Assembly: GCA_963720465.1 (NCBI GenBank)
Contig: OY970393.1
Location: 480,001-544,000, forward strand
Length of the DNA stretch: 64,000 bases
Origin: Methanobacteriota archaeon
Lineage (GTDB): Archaea > Halobacteriota > Bog-38 > Methanoflorentales > Methanoflorentaceae
Reading direction: 5' to 3'
The notes below the pieces were generated by a model. It did no database searches. It had not been told where the DNA came from and was given only the letters and a program-made list of their open reading frames with translations. This document shows positions 32,108 to 43,276 of this stretch, piece after piece (the stretch's first letter is position 1; each line of letters begins with the position of its first letter). The translations under genes were made by a program, and so were the position numbers.

Positions 32108-33283
32108 TTGAATGCAGATTCGACTGAGATGAAAGTTTGGTTCATCGGAATCAAAGGCGCTGTCGCTACAACGATCCTTGTTGGAGTTCTTGCAATAAAG
32201 CGTGGCTTAAGTGCACCAAACGGTATACTGTCCGAGGAAAAACGTTTTTCCCGGCTGAATCTTGCGCGACTCGAGGACCTTCAATTTGGCGGTCACGATA
32301 TCAGGAGCGTCGCGCTGTACGACGCCGCTTATCGAAACGTCAGCGACAATAGCACGTTTGACACGATGCAGCTTGCAGAGCTAAAAGGTGAGATAGACGC
32401 AATTCCGGTTGAGTGCGGCATCGTCAATAATTGTGGGGACGCAGTATCCTCCCTTTGCGACAATAAGACACTCACACTCAGCGAAGCAGTAAACCAGGTA
32501 TCACAAGAACTTCGCAAGTTCGCTGGAGACGACAGCTGTGTTGTGGTTAACTTGGCCTCAACGGAACCGTACTTTGCGCCTCAACCAGAGTATGCGACAC
32601 TCGACAGTTTTGAGGCCGCAATCAAAGCGGATTCAAAAAAGATCCCGGCGAGCGCAATTTATGCGTATTGCGCCATCAAAAACGGGTTACCATACGTCAA
32701 CTTCACGCCATCAATGGGCAACGATATTCCCGCCATAAAAGAGCTGGCTAACACCCTAGGCGTCCCGCACTGCGGAAAAGACGGGAAGACCGGGGAGACT
32801 CTCGTCAAGACCGCTCTCGTACCTATGTTCAAGTACCGGCATCTTACAATTGACGGCTGGTACGGAAGCAACATACTTGGAAACCTCGACGGACAGATAC
32901 TGAGACATCCGGACAACAAGCAGTCAAAGCTCATCACAAAGACGAGTGTTCTGCCGAGGATGCTAGGCTACGAGCCGCATCTAGGAAGCCGCATCGACTA
33001 TTTTCCCCCTCTTTCGGACCACAAGGTCGCTTGGGACTTCATATCGTTCAAAGGCTTTTTGGGGCATCGCATGAACATGCAGTTCACGTGGCAAGGGTGT
33101 GACAGCATACTGGCGGCGCCCCTTGTGATCGACCTCATCCGCTTCATGGAACTTGCACAACGGAACGGTGCACGCGGATTGGTAGGTCCGCTCGCGGTCT
33201 ATTTTAAGGATCCTCTTGATAGCGACGTCCTTGACATGTGCTCGCAATACGCCCTATTTAACGAATGGGTCGAACAATTTTAA
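32108..33283 (+). CDS. ino1: myo-Inositol-1-phosphate synthase
   Basis: VNLASTE, YVNFTPS, GKDGKTGETLVK, NILGNLDG, DSILAAPL. Confidence 0.95.
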   Translation: MNADSTEMKVWFIGIKGAVATTILVGVLAIKRGLSAPNGILSEEKRFSRLNLARLEDLQFGGHDIRSVALYDAAYRNVSDNSTFDTMQLAELKGEIDAIPVECGIVNNCGDAVSSLCDNKTLTLSEAVNQVSQELRKFAGDDSCVVVNLASTEPYFAPQPEYATLDSFEAAIKADSKKIPASAIYAYCAIKNGLPYVNFTPSMGNDIPAIKELANTLGVPHCGKDGKTGETLVKTALVPMFKYRHLTIDGWYGSNILGNLDGQILRHPDNKQSKLITKTSVLPRMLGYEPHLGSRIDYFPPLSDHKVAWDFISFKGFLGHRMNMQFTWQGCDSILAAPLVIDLIRFMELAQRNGARGLVGPLAVYFKDPLDSDVLDMCSQYALFNEWVEQF

Positions 33284-33430
33284 GCTCTTCGATCACCGTC
33301 AGCCGAATTCTGCCGCCCCCTTAACCAAGCCGCGTTGTCACAAGCCTTTTCTGTGACAAGAAGAGGAATTGTCCGACAAATGCTTGCAACTGTTTATTAA
33401 CTTTGAAGTAAACCTGTTGTTGGGATCAGC

Positions 33431-33895
33431 ATGCCACGCGAAGATACCGACAACAAGCCTTCAGACCAGGACGACGAACGATTTGATTCCTTCGTCGATG
33501 AAAAAGACGACGTCAAACGCGTCAAGCCGAAAGATCAAGGGGTCGTTGAAGCGGACGATCAAAAGGAGAACAGAGAAATCTATGACGGTTCTCTCGAGCT
33601 CAAAATCGATGAGGCCACTGAAGAACACGACGACAAAGTCGTCGAAGAGGTGGATCACGACCTATGGGGCGAAGAACCCGACTATGGTTATCAGTATGAT
33701 GAAGAGCTCGTGGACAAAGAGGTCGCTGCGGGCGAGGGAGTCTATACGCCTGAAGGACGCGAGGAACTCGCCGAAGATGACGAGATCACTAGTGAAGAGG
33801 CTTTTTTTATGGAGGGCCGCGATAAGGTCTTGAAGCGAAAGGCGAAGGGTTTCACCAACAACCCCGAAATCCAGGAGCAGTGGAAAGAGGATTAG
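33431..33895 (+). CDS. Very acidic hypothetical protein
   Basis: 154-aa ORF, about 35% Asp+Glu by hand count; C-terminal GVYTPEGREEL.EDDEI..EE.FMEG motif. Confidence 0.7.
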   Translation: MPREDTDNKPSDQDDERFDSFVDEKDDVKRVKPKDQGVVEADDQKENREIYDGSLELKIDEATEEHDDKVVEEVDHDLWGEEPDYGYQYDEELVDKEVAAGEGVYTPEGREELAEDDEITSEEAFFMEGRDKVLKRKAKGFTNNPEIQEQWKED

Positions 33896-34013
33896 TACCG
33901 GCAGCTAGCTCCGCCACTGAAATGCCAACCGCCACCACTCTGGTGAGCCCTTTTAGTCTCTTGCCGAGAAGCGGGGGGTTTCGGCGCTCGGCGCGAATCG
34001 ACATAAGATCAGC

Positions 34014-35342
34014 TTAAGAGCTATTCTCGTTTCCGTTCAGCTCATTGTTTAAGAATTTTTCGTACCCAGCGAGATCCAAAAGTCCGTGGCCGCTGAGGTT
34101 GAACACGATTACCTTAGCCTCGCCAGTCTGCTTGCATTTGATGGCTTCGTCTATTACTGCCTTAATAGCGTGACTCGATTCTGGAGCCGGACAAATGCCT
34201 TCAGTCTGGGTGAAAAGCGCTCCTGCCTCAAACGTTGCAAGCTGCTCATAGGACACGGCGTCGACGTAGCCGAGGTTCTTTAAGAGACTGAGGCTTTGTG
34301 CATCGCCGTGATAACGAAGCCCGCCGGCGTGTATAGGCGATGGTACGAAATCATGTCCCAACGTATACATTTTGATCATCGGCGCAAAACCAGCCACGTC
34401 ACCGAGGTCGTACTTGTACTCGCCCTTTGTAAGCGTAGGGCAACTCGTCGGCTCCACGCCTATGAACTGCGTGCCATTTCCATTTCTGATGTGCTCGCCA
34501 AGAAGCGGATATGCGAACCCGGAAAAGTTCGAACCCCCGCCAACGCACCCGATCATGATGTCTGGATTTTCATCTGCCTTCTTGAGCTGAGCAACCGTCT
34601 CTTCTCCAATAATGGTCTGGTGAAGCAGAACGTGTTCCAGTACCGACCCCAGCGAGTATTTGGTCTGTGCAGAGGCCAAACTTGTTTCAGCTGCCTCGCT
34701 TATGGCAAGCCCCAGAGAACCTGGATGATTAGGAGATTTGGCGAGTGCTTGTCGTCCGCTTTGCGTCAAAGTTGAAGGCGAAGGGATGACTTCGGCCCCG
34801 TAGAGTCGCATGAGCGTTTTTCTTGCAGGCTTTTGATCGTAGCTCACCCTGACCATAAACACCTTGCATGACAGGTCAAAAATTGAACACCCGAGCGCCA
34901 GAGCGGTGCCCCACTGCCCGGCACCGGTCTCCGTCACGAGACCCTCGGTGCCATCAATCTTATTGTAGTACGCCTGGGCAATAGCCGTGTTGGGCTTGTG
35001 CGATCCTGCAAACGAAACGTCTTCCCTCTTGTAATAAATCCGGGCAGGCGTTTTTAGATAGTCCTCAAGCCTCTTCGCTCGGTAAAGCGGCGTAGGCCGC
35101 CCGACTCTCAAATACGCTTCAAAAACCTCATCTGGGATATCGATGTACCGGCTGGTAGACACTTCCTGTTTGACCAACGAACTCGAAAACAGCGCAAGCA
35201 TTTCGTCGAGTGTCGCGGGCTCTTGCGTGTGCGGGTTCAACGGAGGAGGCAGCTTTGCCGGCAGATCAGACTGAATATTGTACCAGCTTCTAGGCATCTC
35301 GTCTTCGTCTAATAAAATCTTTAACTCGCTCATGTTTATCAC
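34014..35342 (-). CDS. trpB2: Tryptophan synthase beta chain, TrpB2 type
   Basis: [11 protein letters not shown] lysine, [25 protein letters not shown]. Confidence 0.94.
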   Translation of the reverse strand: MINMSELKILLDEDEMPRSWYNIQSDLPAKLPPPLNPHTQEPATLDEMLALFSSSLVKQEVSTSRYIDIPDEVFEAYLRVGRPTPLYRAKRLEDYLKTPARIYYKREDVSFAGSHKPNTAIAQAYYNKIDGTEGLVTETGAGQWGTALALGCSIFDLSCKVFMVRVSYDQKPARKTLMRLYGAEVIPSPSTLTQSGRQALAKSPNHPGSLGLAISEAAETSLASAQTKYSLGSVLEHVLLHQTIIGEETVAQLKKADENPDIMIGCVGGGSNFSGFAYPLLGEHIRNGNGTQFIGVEPTSCPTLTKGEYKYDLGDVAGFAPMIKMYTLGHDFVPSPIHAGGLRYHGDAQSLSLLKNLGYVDAVSYEQLATFEAGALFTQTEGICPAPESSHAIKAVIDEAIKCKQTGEAKVIVFNLSGHGLLDLAGYEKFLNNELNGNENSS

Positions 35343-35501
35343 GATGTACTTTATTATACTTTAAAGATATTATTTATACTCTAATGTCTATTCATCTCTT
35401 ATATACTTTGCGCGGTAACCCTGCGCTTAAGGCGCATACCACGTTACGAGCAGCGCAGCTTCCATATTCCAGTATATAACTATAAAAACGTACAACGCGC
35501 A

Positions 35502-36161
35502 GTGACCAGCATGTTTAAGGATCGCATACAAGCAGGGTATGTACTGGCTGACTTGTTGGCACGATACGAAGGTCAAAGCGCAGTGGTCTTAGCGATTCCG
35601 CGCGGCGGCGTTCAAGTCGCATTTCCTGTCGCTGTGCGTCTGCGCGCTCCACTCGATCTAGTTATACCACGGAAACTCCCGATTCCATCTAATACCGAAG
35701 CGGGGTTTGGGGCGATCACCGCTGATGGATCCATAGCTCTAAACGACGACCTCATCACCTATCTAGGATTGACGGACGCTGAAGTCGATGAGATTGCAAC
35801 GCAGGTGCTGGCGGAAGTAAAGCGCCGCGAAACCAGATACCGAGGCGACAGGCCTTTCCTCGAGTTGACGGATCGCATCGCAATAGTCGTCGACGATGGA
35901 CTAGCTACCGGATATACGGCGCTTGCAGCAATAAATTATGTGAAAAAAAGAAAACCCAAACGGGTGATTTTGGCGGTGCCAGTTGCTTCGAAAGGCGCTG
36001 AAATGCTCGTCAAATCTCAAGTCGACGAATACGTTTGTCCGTTAACGAGCGATAAGCCATGGTTTGCCGTGGCAAGCTTTTATGAACGATTCTACGATTT
36101 GACTGACGAAGAAGTACTAACGTGCATAAAAAAGTACGAACTTGTTGCCGAAGGGTGGTGA
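35502..36161 (+). CDS. Phosphoribosyltransferase family protein
   Basis: FKDRIQAG, AIPRGG, VVDDGLATG PRPP-binding motif. Confidence 0.9.
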   Translation: MTSMFKDRIQAGYVLADLLARYEGQSAVVLAIPRGGVQVAFPVAVRLRAPLDLVIPRKLPIPSNTEAGFGAITADGSIALNDDLITYLGLTDAEVDEIATQVLAEVKRRETRYRGDRPFLELTDRIAIVVDDGLATGYTALAAINYVKKRKPKRVILAVPVASKGAEMLVKSQVDEYVCPLTSDKPWFAVASFYERFYDLTDEEVLTCIKKYELVAEGW

Positions 36162-36167
36162 GGACTC

Positions 36168-38837
36168 CTACTTGTGCTTGATGATGATTGTCGCCTCGCG
36201 CAGTTCGATCACGTCGGCGGCGACACCTTCTATGGCACGCTCCTTTTTGATAACCAAATCTTCCAGGTCGAGCTGGATGCCCCCAATTGTCACTGATCCC
36301 TTCTCGATTTGATCTGCGATCTCCTGAGCGGGTGTTTCGCGTATGAGCTGCACTATGTACTTCGCTTCCGACTTGAAACGCGGGCCCAGTGAGCCGAGAT
36401 TGGGCCTAACTTCAGTGACCATTTCGTGGATATCTGGTTTTCCTCGTTTATACGTTACGTCCGCGTTGAGCGCATTGTCGATATCTGGCGCCCCATCCGC
36501 AAGGTCACAGTCCGTGTAGATGTAAACGCCCTCAATTCGGGAGTTCAGTGCAATGCGGTGTTCAGATTTCCACCGCCTGACGCTGCTAATGATTTCTTTG
36601 ATCAGCTCACCCTTGTGCCGCGCCTCTCTTACCGCTGAGGCTGATGCCGCAATAACGACGCTTTCGGAAGCGGCACTGAACGTGAATTCCGGTTTCCCTG
36701 CGATACTTTCCTGCAATTTTATGTTAAACTCAGGCCATGCCTGCAAGTGAACGCTTTCCGCGCCCGGGTTGACGTGCGAAAACAACTCTTCTGCAAAGAA
36801 GGGGCAAAAGGGCGCTAGCAGCTTCGCTATCGTGCCAAGGGCGAGATGCAAAGCGGCAATGCTGTAACGGTCTCGTTCATATAGTCTGCCTTTGGCGGCC
36901 TCTACGTAATGGTCCGCCAACGAGTTCCACACGAACGATCGGATATCCTTAAGAGCTTCGTCAAAGCTAAAATGATCCAAGCTCGAGGTGACTGATTTTA
37001 CCAGACCGGCAAGCTCATAGATTAGCCAGATTTCAGTCGAATTTTTCGGCTCATAAATGACTGGCTCCACGCCTTGACTTAGGTGTATCATCGCGAACCT
37101 GAAGACGTTCCACAGCTTCGTCAAAAACCGTGAAGAAGCCGTGAGATCTTTTGTGTTGTACGCGACGTCGGATCCGACTGAGCCGCCGATTGCCGCCCAT
37201 TGTCGAACGGCGTCGGTTCCATACTGCTCTATTAAGCTCTCCGGAGCAATGATGTTGCCGAGCGACTTGCTCATTTTTTGGCTGTCTTCACCGAGTACCA
37301 TTCCGTTGACGACGACGCACTCCCAGGGTTTGCTCCCCGCCAGGGCATCAGATCGCAGTATGGAATAAAACGCCCAGGTCCTAATGATATCGTGACCCTG
37401 AGGGCGCAATTGAGTGGGAAAATGCTCTCGATACGCGGCGTCGGGCCAGCCTGCAACGTTTAAGGCCGAGATCGACGAGTCCATCCACGTGTCAAGGACG
37501 TCATATTCGGGCGTGAAGCTCGACGAACCGCACGCACACGCGCTTCTCGGTGCTTCTTCAGTGGGGTCCAAAGGTAGCCAGCCTTCGTTGGCAACCAAAA
37601 CGCGTCCGCACTCGTCACAGTACCATGCGGGGATGGGCGTGGCGAAAATGCGCTGACGCGAGATGCACCAGTCCCATTCGACGCTCTCTGTCCAATTCTG
37701 TAGCCGGTAAAATGCGTACGGGGGTATCCACTGAATTTCAGCCGCACGCTGGAGAATGACATCCTTATCGATCTTGACAAACCACTGGTTCTCTGAAAGA
37801 ATCTCGATTGGGGTTTCGCATCTGTCGTGAATCCCGACGTTCTGCTCGATTTGTTCCTGTTTCGTCACGAGCTTATTTTCGAGAAGCTCTCCAATGATGC
37901 GCTCTTTTGCTTCACTGATGCTTACGCCGTTGTTCTTAGAGTCGGTGACGCGGCCATCCTTACCAATGACTTTTTTCAGCGGTAGGTTGTGCTTTTTCCA
38001 CCATCGCACGTCCTGCTTGTCACCAAACGTACAGATCATCACGGCTCCCGTGCCAAATGCAGGATCGACTGCTTCGTCCCCTATAACCGGTACCTCCTCG
38101 TCGTAGAGCGGCGTTCGAATTCTCTTGCCGATCAGACGTTCGTGCCGTTCGTCGTTCGGGTTTACGGCGATAGCGACGCAGGCGCCCAAGAGCTCGGGGC
38201 GCGTAGTTGCTATCTGCACCGATTCTGCGTCGCCCCCATTGAAAATGACGTAATAGAGAACCGTTGACCTCGAATCGTAATTTACCTCGGCAAATGCGAT
38301 GGCGGTTTCACATCGAGGACACCAGTTCACAGGATGGTCGCTTTTATAAATGCGGTCGCCGCGGTACATTCGCACGAACGATTTCTGCGTCTTTTCAAAG
38401 TAGGCAGGGTCCATGGTAACGAACTCTTGCGACCAGTCTATTGAAAAAGCGAGTCGCTGCATCGTCCCTTTCATCAAAGCTATGTTCTCCCTCGTCAAGC
38501 TTTCACAAAGTCCTCTGAACTCGTAGCGTGGGATCTGATTTTTTGTTACGTTGTAGGTAGTTTCGACCTTCACCTCTGTAGGCAGTCCGTGACAATCCCA
38601 TCCCTGGGGAAACATCACGTCGAAGCCCTTCATGCGCTTGTATCGTGCGACAAAATCGATATAGCACCAGTTGAGGGCGTTTCCTAAATGAAAATTACCC
38701 GTCGGATATGGCGGAGGCGTATCGATTATGAAACTGTCTGCGCCGGGTTTTCCGCGATACCGATACATGTCCGCATTCCACGTAGTAAGCCATTTCGACT
38801 CGATATACTCGTGCTCGTAGTTCTTCGGTATGGACAT
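36168..38837 (-). CDS. valS: Valyl-tRNA synthetase
   Basis: DTPPPYPTGNFHLGN (HIGH), GWDCHGLP, WCISRQ, KMSKS. Confidence 0.97.
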   Translation of the reverse strand: MSIPKNYEHEYIESKWLTTWNADMYRYRGKPGADSFIIDTPPPYPTGNFHLGNALNWCYIDFVARYKRMKGFDVMFPQGWDCHGLPTEVKVETTYNVTKNQIPRYEFRGLCESLTRENIALMKGTMQRLAFSIDWSQEFVTMDPAYFEKTQKSFVRMYRGDRIYKSDHPVNWCPRCETAIAFAEVNYDSRSTVLYYVIFNGGDAESVQIATTRPELLGACVAIAVNPNDERHERLIGKRIRTPLYDEEVPVIGDEAVDPAFGTGAVMICTFGDKQDVRWWKKHNLPLKKVIGKDGRVTDSKNNGVSISEAKERIIGELLENKLVTKQEQIEQNVGIHDRCETPIEILSENQWFVKIDKDVILQRAAEIQWIPPYAFYRLQNWTESVEWDWCISRQRIFATPIPAWYCDECGRVLVANEGWLPLDPTEEAPRSACACGSSSFTPEYDVLDTWMDSSISALNVAGWPDAAYREHFPTQLRPQGHDIIRTWAFYSILRSDALAGSKPWECVVVNGMVLGEDSQKMSKSLGNIIAPESLIEQYGTDAVRQWAAIGGSVGSDVAYNTKDLTASSRFLTKLWNVFRFAMIHLSQGVEPVIYEPKNSTEIWLIYELAGLVKSVTSSLDHFSFDEALKDIRSFVWNSLADHYVEAAKGRLYERDRYSIAALHLALGTIAKLLAPFCPFFAEELFSHVNPGAESVHLQAWPEFNIKLQESIAGKPEFTFSAASESVVIAASASAVREARHKGELIKEIISSVRRWKSEHRIALNSRIEGVYIYTDCDLADGAPDIDNALNADVTYKRGKPDIHEMVTEVRPNLGSLGPRFKSEAKYIVQLIRETPAQEIADQIEKGSVTIGGIQLDLEDLVIKKERAIEGVAADVIELREATIIIKHK

Positions 38838-38843
38838 GCTCCC

Positions 38844-39605
38844 TCACACGTGTGGCTTCAGACAGTTCGTAGTTGATGACTTCTCGTCTTGCTCACTAAT
38901 AACGTTGTTTGAAAGGGTTCCTATGCCGGTAATGTCTACATCGACGGAATCGCCAGCTCTGAGTTGTCCCACACCTGCGGGCGTGCCGGTAGTGATCACG
39001 TCCCCCACTTCAAGGGTCATCATGCGTGATATAAATCTGACCAGATAGTCTACGTCAAATATGAGCTCTTTTGTGTTTGAGCTCTGCCGCTGGCGGCCGT
39101 TGACACGTGTCACGATGCGGGCGTTTCGAGGATCCAGCTCGCTCGCGATAAACGGTCCGAGAGGCGCAAATGTGTCAAAGCTTTTCGAGCGCGTCCACTG
39201 ACCGTCCTCGATCTGAAGGTCTCTAGCGGTCACGTCATTGAGGCACGTATAGCCCAGTACGACGCGCTTCGAATCCTCTACGTTTACGCATCTCTCGCCA
39301 ATAACGACAGCCAGCTCTCCCTCAAAGTCCACCCGAGAACTAATAGTGGGATGCACGATGCTTTCTCCTGGGCCAATCACGCTCGTGGACGGTTTGAGAA
39401 ATATAGTGGGCTGTTCCGGGACCTGGGTTCCAAGTTCTCGCGCGTGGTCGGTGTAGTTCAAACCGACACCCACAATCTTGCTAGGACACGTAGGCGCGAG
39501 CACTCGTAACTCAGACAACTCGTAGGTGCTCCCGTTACCATGCACGCGCGTTCCTTCCACAGTCCCCAAAAATGTCTCATCGTGGAGCTTGAACCGACCG
39601 ATCAC
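38844..39605 (-). CDS. Fumarylacetoacetate hydrolase family protein
   Basis: KIVGVGLNY, DFEGEL, NDVTARD, KSFDTF, TGTPAGVG; GTG start overlaps the pyrK stop. Confidence 0.92.
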   Translation of the reverse strand: MIGRFKLHDETFLGTVEGTRVHGNGSTYELSELRVLAPTCPSKIVGVGLNYTDHARELGTQVPEQPTIFLKPSTSVIGPGESIVHPTISSRVDFEGELAVVIGERCVNVEDSKRVVLGYTCLNDVTARDLQIEDGQWTRSKSFDTFAPLGPFIASELDPRNARIVTRVNGRQRQSSNTKELIFDVDYLVRFISRMMTLEVGDVITTGTPAGVGQLRAGDSVDVDITGIGTLSNNVISEQDEKSSTTNCLKPHV

Positions 39606-40351
39606 AAATTCACCTTTCTGCCCGTCGTATCGCGCATATATGCCCCAAAATCGCCCTCTTGTAGCTGCGCTCCTGCAAAAACGGGACCGTCTGAGCACAC
39701 GCGCAGACCTGAAGGATCTGTGCAGCATGAGCCACACAACCCTACGCCGCACTTAATGTATCGGTGCAAGCTGAACTGACTCGGCACCCCGGCAACCGTT
39801 GCGTGGTCTAACACTTTGCGCATCATCTTTTCAGGGCCGCACGACATTATTTCGTTGTAGCCTTGAATCCTATCCAGCAAATCGATGGTCGGGCCTTTAT
39901 GGCCAGCAGAGCCATCATCGGTAGTTATCCAGAGCGATCCAGCGCTCTTGAATCGCTCAAGGAATAACAGCTCCTCCTCTGTTTTGGCGCCGAGAATAGT
40001 TATAACATTGTTTTTTAACGACTCAGCCAGTGGCGCCAGTGGGGCAGCGCCTACACCTCCGGCCATAAGCAGCACAGGCGGCTTGGTCACGCGGAACCCA
40101 TTTCCGAAAGGGCCTCTGACACCAAATGTGCCACCGACGCGCAGCGCGCACATCGCCGCCGTGGCATCACCAACCTCTCTAACGGTGATGCCGTTTGCGT
40201 ACGACAGACTCATCGGTATCTCGTCGACGCCTCGAATCCATACCATAACGTACTGCCCAGGAACAAAACGAAAGGAGTGATCGAAAAAGAAGGTTTTGAC
40301 GTCTCTTGATTCAGTTTTGATGTCTGTAATCTCTACATTTCTGACATACAT
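39602..40351 (-). CDS. pyrK: Dihydroorotate dehydrogenase electron transfer subunit
   Basis: PGQYVMVW, RGPFGNGF, AGGVG, CGPE, CGVGLCGSC...C 2Fe-2S motif. Confidence 0.92.
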   Translation of the reverse strand: MYVRNVEITDIKTESRDVKTFFFDHSFRFVPGQYVMVWIRGVDEIPMSLSYANGITVREVGDATAAMCALRVGGTFGVRGPFGNGFRVTKPPVLLMAGGVGAAPLAPLAESLKNNVITILGAKTEEELLFLERFKSAGSLWITTDDGSAGHKGPTIDLLDRIQGYNEIMSCGPEKMMRKVLDHATVAGVPSQFSLHRYIKCGVGLCGSCCTDPSGLRVCSDGPVFAGAQLQEGDFGAYMRDTTGRKVNL

Positions 40352-40664
40352 CGTCCATAAAAGGACGTGATCCGTATTTTAAGTTTCTCCCGACTCGATG
40401 TGCCGCCGCCTATCCACTGCTCGGCGTCCTCAAAACGTTCGAGTCGCGTCCAAGTAACAATAACGCCGTACCAATCAGCAGAGGGGGGCAACAATACCCT
40501 AAAAAAACGCGCTCCCCTGTGTGGGATCAATGTGCGAAAGAGTTTTGTAGTGGCAGACGGCGGCCGTCTGCAAGCAAGCGCGTAGCGCTGATTCGACTGA
40601 ACTACGCTCAGCAATACAGTTAAGTCTCAAAAAGGGCAACGAGCATGCGAATAGGGACTGCGAC

Positions 40665-41570
40665 ATGGAGCACAACGCTGAGGTTATCGGGTTTGGAGCG
40701 CTGAACTGCGACAGAATTTGCCGAGTGGATGACTTGGCGCTCCCGGAGCGAGAGATCGGCGTGATCTCGGCCAGCAGGCAGCCAGGCGGCTCTGCAGCGA
40801 ACACCATCGTCGGACTCGCTCGCTTAGGCGTCAAAACTGGATTTCTCGGAACAGTAGGCAGTGACAGAGAAGGATCAGAGTTGTTGGACGATTTGCGGCG
40901 TGAAGGCGTTGATGTGCACGGTATCACGATATCAGAGGGAGATACTGGCTCAGCGTTAATATTCGTCGATTCGCGCGGAGAAAGAGCTATCTATGTCCTC
41001 CCAAGCGTAAACGATGCATTCTTCGCCGCAAATCACGATTATGCTCTGCAGGCTGAAATATTGCACGTCAGTTCCTTTATGGGTATTGATCAATTCCGAA
41101 TGCAAATCTCGTACGTTCGCCAGCTACGTGGGTCGCGAACAAAAGTATCGTTCAGCCCGGGTAGCATTTATGCGAAGCTCGGACTGGACCAACTAAAACC
41201 ACTAATTGAACGTACGTTCACACTCTTTCTCAACAAAGAAGAAGCGCAACAATTGACCGGATCAGAACGTGTCGAAGACGCAGCGACTCTCCTCGACTTC
41301 GGACCAAACATCATTGCCGTTACTCTCGGCGATGCTGGATCGTACGTGGCAACGCGAAGCGAGAGCTTCTATGTCGCTCCCTACGAATCTCAGATAACTG
41401 ACACCGTCGGGGCAGGAGACGCGTTCGCGGCAGGGTTCCTGTACGGGCAGCTGACCGGCAAGGGCCTGCACGAGTCGGGCCGCTATGGCAACTTCATGGC
41501 GTCAAAATCTGTCGCGCAGCTTGGCGGGAGAAAGGGCCTTCTGCGTGACCTTAGAGAATTACGCGGCTGA
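40665..41570 (+). CDS. PfkB family carbohydrate/nucleoside kinase
   Basis: GGSAAN and DTVGAGDAF motifs. Confidence 0.92.
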   Translation: MEHNAEVIGFGALNCDRICRVDDLALPEREIGVISASRQPGGSAANTIVGLARLGVKTGFLGTVGSDREGSELLDDLRREGVDVHGITISEGDTGSALIFVDSRGERAIYVLPSVNDAFFAANHDYALQAEILHVSSFMGIDQFRMQISYVRQLRGSRTKVSFSPGSIYAKLGLDQLKPLIERTFTLFLNKEEAQQLTGSERVEDAATLLDFGPNIIAVTLGDAGSYVATRSESFYVAPYESQITDTVGAGDAFAAGFLYGQLTGKGLHESGRYGNFMASKSVAQLGGRKGLLRDLRELRG

Positions 41571-41710
41571 CGAAACGCACGAAACACACGCGTGCTCGGT
41601 CGCGCCAGCGACGCGACGGTGGCAGCCAGATGTGGTTAAAAACGGCGCTCTACAAGCGCCAGAGCGCCTTTTTAGCTTCCTAATTTTAAAAAAACCTAAT
41701 TCGAGTCCTT

Positions 41711-41980
41711 CTATTTTCCTACGGTTATTTCGATCGCCGAGACGTTTGTGTTACCGGTCTCGGTGCTAAGACTCTCGGTAGAGGTCTCTATTCTTTTCGT
41801 CGTGACGTCTGAGAGGAAGCGGTTTATCGCAATCTGTTCTACGTCAACCGCCCGCGAAATAGCTCTTCCCCGAGCTTTAATCAAGACCTCGTCGGCTCCA
41901 TTGTTAAACTGCGTTACCACGGCTAGCACGTAATTCATTACAGGTTTGTTGCCTACGTAGATTATGTTGTCGTCTGTCAT
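41711..41980 (-). CDS. albA: DNA/RNA-binding protein Alba
   Basis: [27 protein letters not shown]. Confidence 0.96.
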   Translation of the reverse strand: MTDDNIIYVGNKPVMNYVLAVVTQFNNGADEVLIKARGRAISRAVDVEQIAINRFLSDVTTKRIETSTESLSTETGNTNVSAIEITVGK

Positions 41981-42084
41981 ACTGTGCCTCCCTTGAGGAT
42001 CTAACAGACACAAAAGCACTATGATAGATAAAACTTTCTAACTAAATTTGGTATGCTTCAAGCAAAAAATGCCTAAATTGGTCA

Positions 42085-42888
42085 CTATTCGACGAACGGC
42101 TTCATCTTTACGGCGTCTTGTTCGAGCAGTGGTGATTCACAGATTATGGTAGCGTCGCAAGCATCTTCTTTGAGCGCGCTGGCCAGTAGCCTAAACTGAG
42201 CGAGGTCGACGGGCAGATGCCGGCGCTCGTTTCCCTTCGAAAACTCAATTCCAGAGAAGTGGCTGTGCAGATGACTGTGGTCACTGAACAGAGCCCGAAG
42301 GACGCGCGCGTAGTCTTCAACGGTGTGCAAGCACCCATTGCACCTTGCGTGCAAATGTGCAAAATCAATAACTGGACGTATATCTGGCAGCTCCTGATGC
42401 AGCATTTGCAACTCTTCAACAGTTCCAAACTGGCTTTGCCGGCCTAGGAGTTCGACACCGAGCTGCGTCCGCACAATGCCGCGGTCTCGCATATACTCCA
42501 GCAAACGTACGCACGCGTCTTTGACTAGCTCGTACGTCTCATCTTTGGTATACTTCTTCGTATAGTATGCCGAATGAAAAACGACGATGCGTGCTCCAAG
42601 CGCGTGCCCCCTGTCAAGAGAGAGCATTATGCGATTCATGCTGTCTGCGATGATCTGCGGATCTTCTGAAGCAAGGTTTATCATGTAGGGAGCATGGACT
42701 GAGAGATCGATCTTGGCCTTGCGCGCGACGTCGCCGACCTCTACCGCTGTTTCCTCTTTCATTGAAACACGCCTGACAAACTGAACCTCAAGCGCGTCAA
42801 GTCCAATGCGAGAGAGGTACTCGATGCCCTGTGCCGTACTCTTTCCTTTGAGCGCTAAGGGCACGCCTGCGATTCCGACCTTGATCAT
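42085..42888 (-). CDS. nfo: Endonuclease IV family (TIM-barrel AP endonuclease)
   Basis: HAPYMINL, VFH, DFAHLHAR, HSHFS, ERRH and CES motifs. Confidence 0.88.
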   Translation of the reverse strand: MIKVGIAGVPLALKGKSTAQGIEYLSRIGLDALEVQFVRRVSMKEETAVEVGDVARKAKIDLSVHAPYMINLASEDPQIIADSMNRIMLSLDRGHALGARIVVFHSAYYTKKYTKDETYELVKDACVRLLEYMRDRGIVRTQLGVELLGRQSQFGTVEELQMLHQELPDIRPVIDFAHLHARCNGCLHTVEDYARVLRALFSDHSHLHSHFSGIEFSKGNERRHLPVDLAQFRLLASALKEDACDATIICESPLLEQDAVKMKPFVE

Positions 42889-43016
42889 CGACGTATACAC
42901 GCACTGATCGTCTATAACGCTGACGACCTCTCAAAGCACCTGCGCTTTGGGGGCTGTCGAACTACTGTTCAAACGAAAGTTAGAAGTTTAAAGAGCTCCA
43001 GTGTGTTTTAGATATC

Positions 43017-43205
43017 ATGGACGAAATTGACACGGCGGCAGAGAAACCCTTGCAGTTTAAAAAAATAAACGAGGTTTCAATGAGCATTGGAACGGTAATA
43101 ATCAGCGTACGAAGCACTGATGAGTCTCTCGACAAGGTGCGAGACACTACGTTTGAAATCTTGGGAAAGGTGCAAGGAAAAAACGCATTGGAACATAATT
43201 ACTGA
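43017..43205 (+). CDS. Small hypothetical protein
   Basis: 62-aa ORF downstream of TTTAAA; composition plausible. Confidence 0.5.
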   Translation: MDEIDTAAEKPLQFKKINEVSMSIGTVIISVRSTDESLDKVRDTTFEILGKVQGKNALEHNY

Positions 43206-43276
43206 ACGGACGCAACGCCTATGTTTGTGGCCACGACCGCTTATTTGCAGCGACCTAGTGAAGGGGCTCGACACCG

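Noticed and set aside
40355-40660. Possible gene between pyrK and the PfkB kinase
   Set aside because: The small overlapping ORFs have no motifs; more likely a divergent promoter region.
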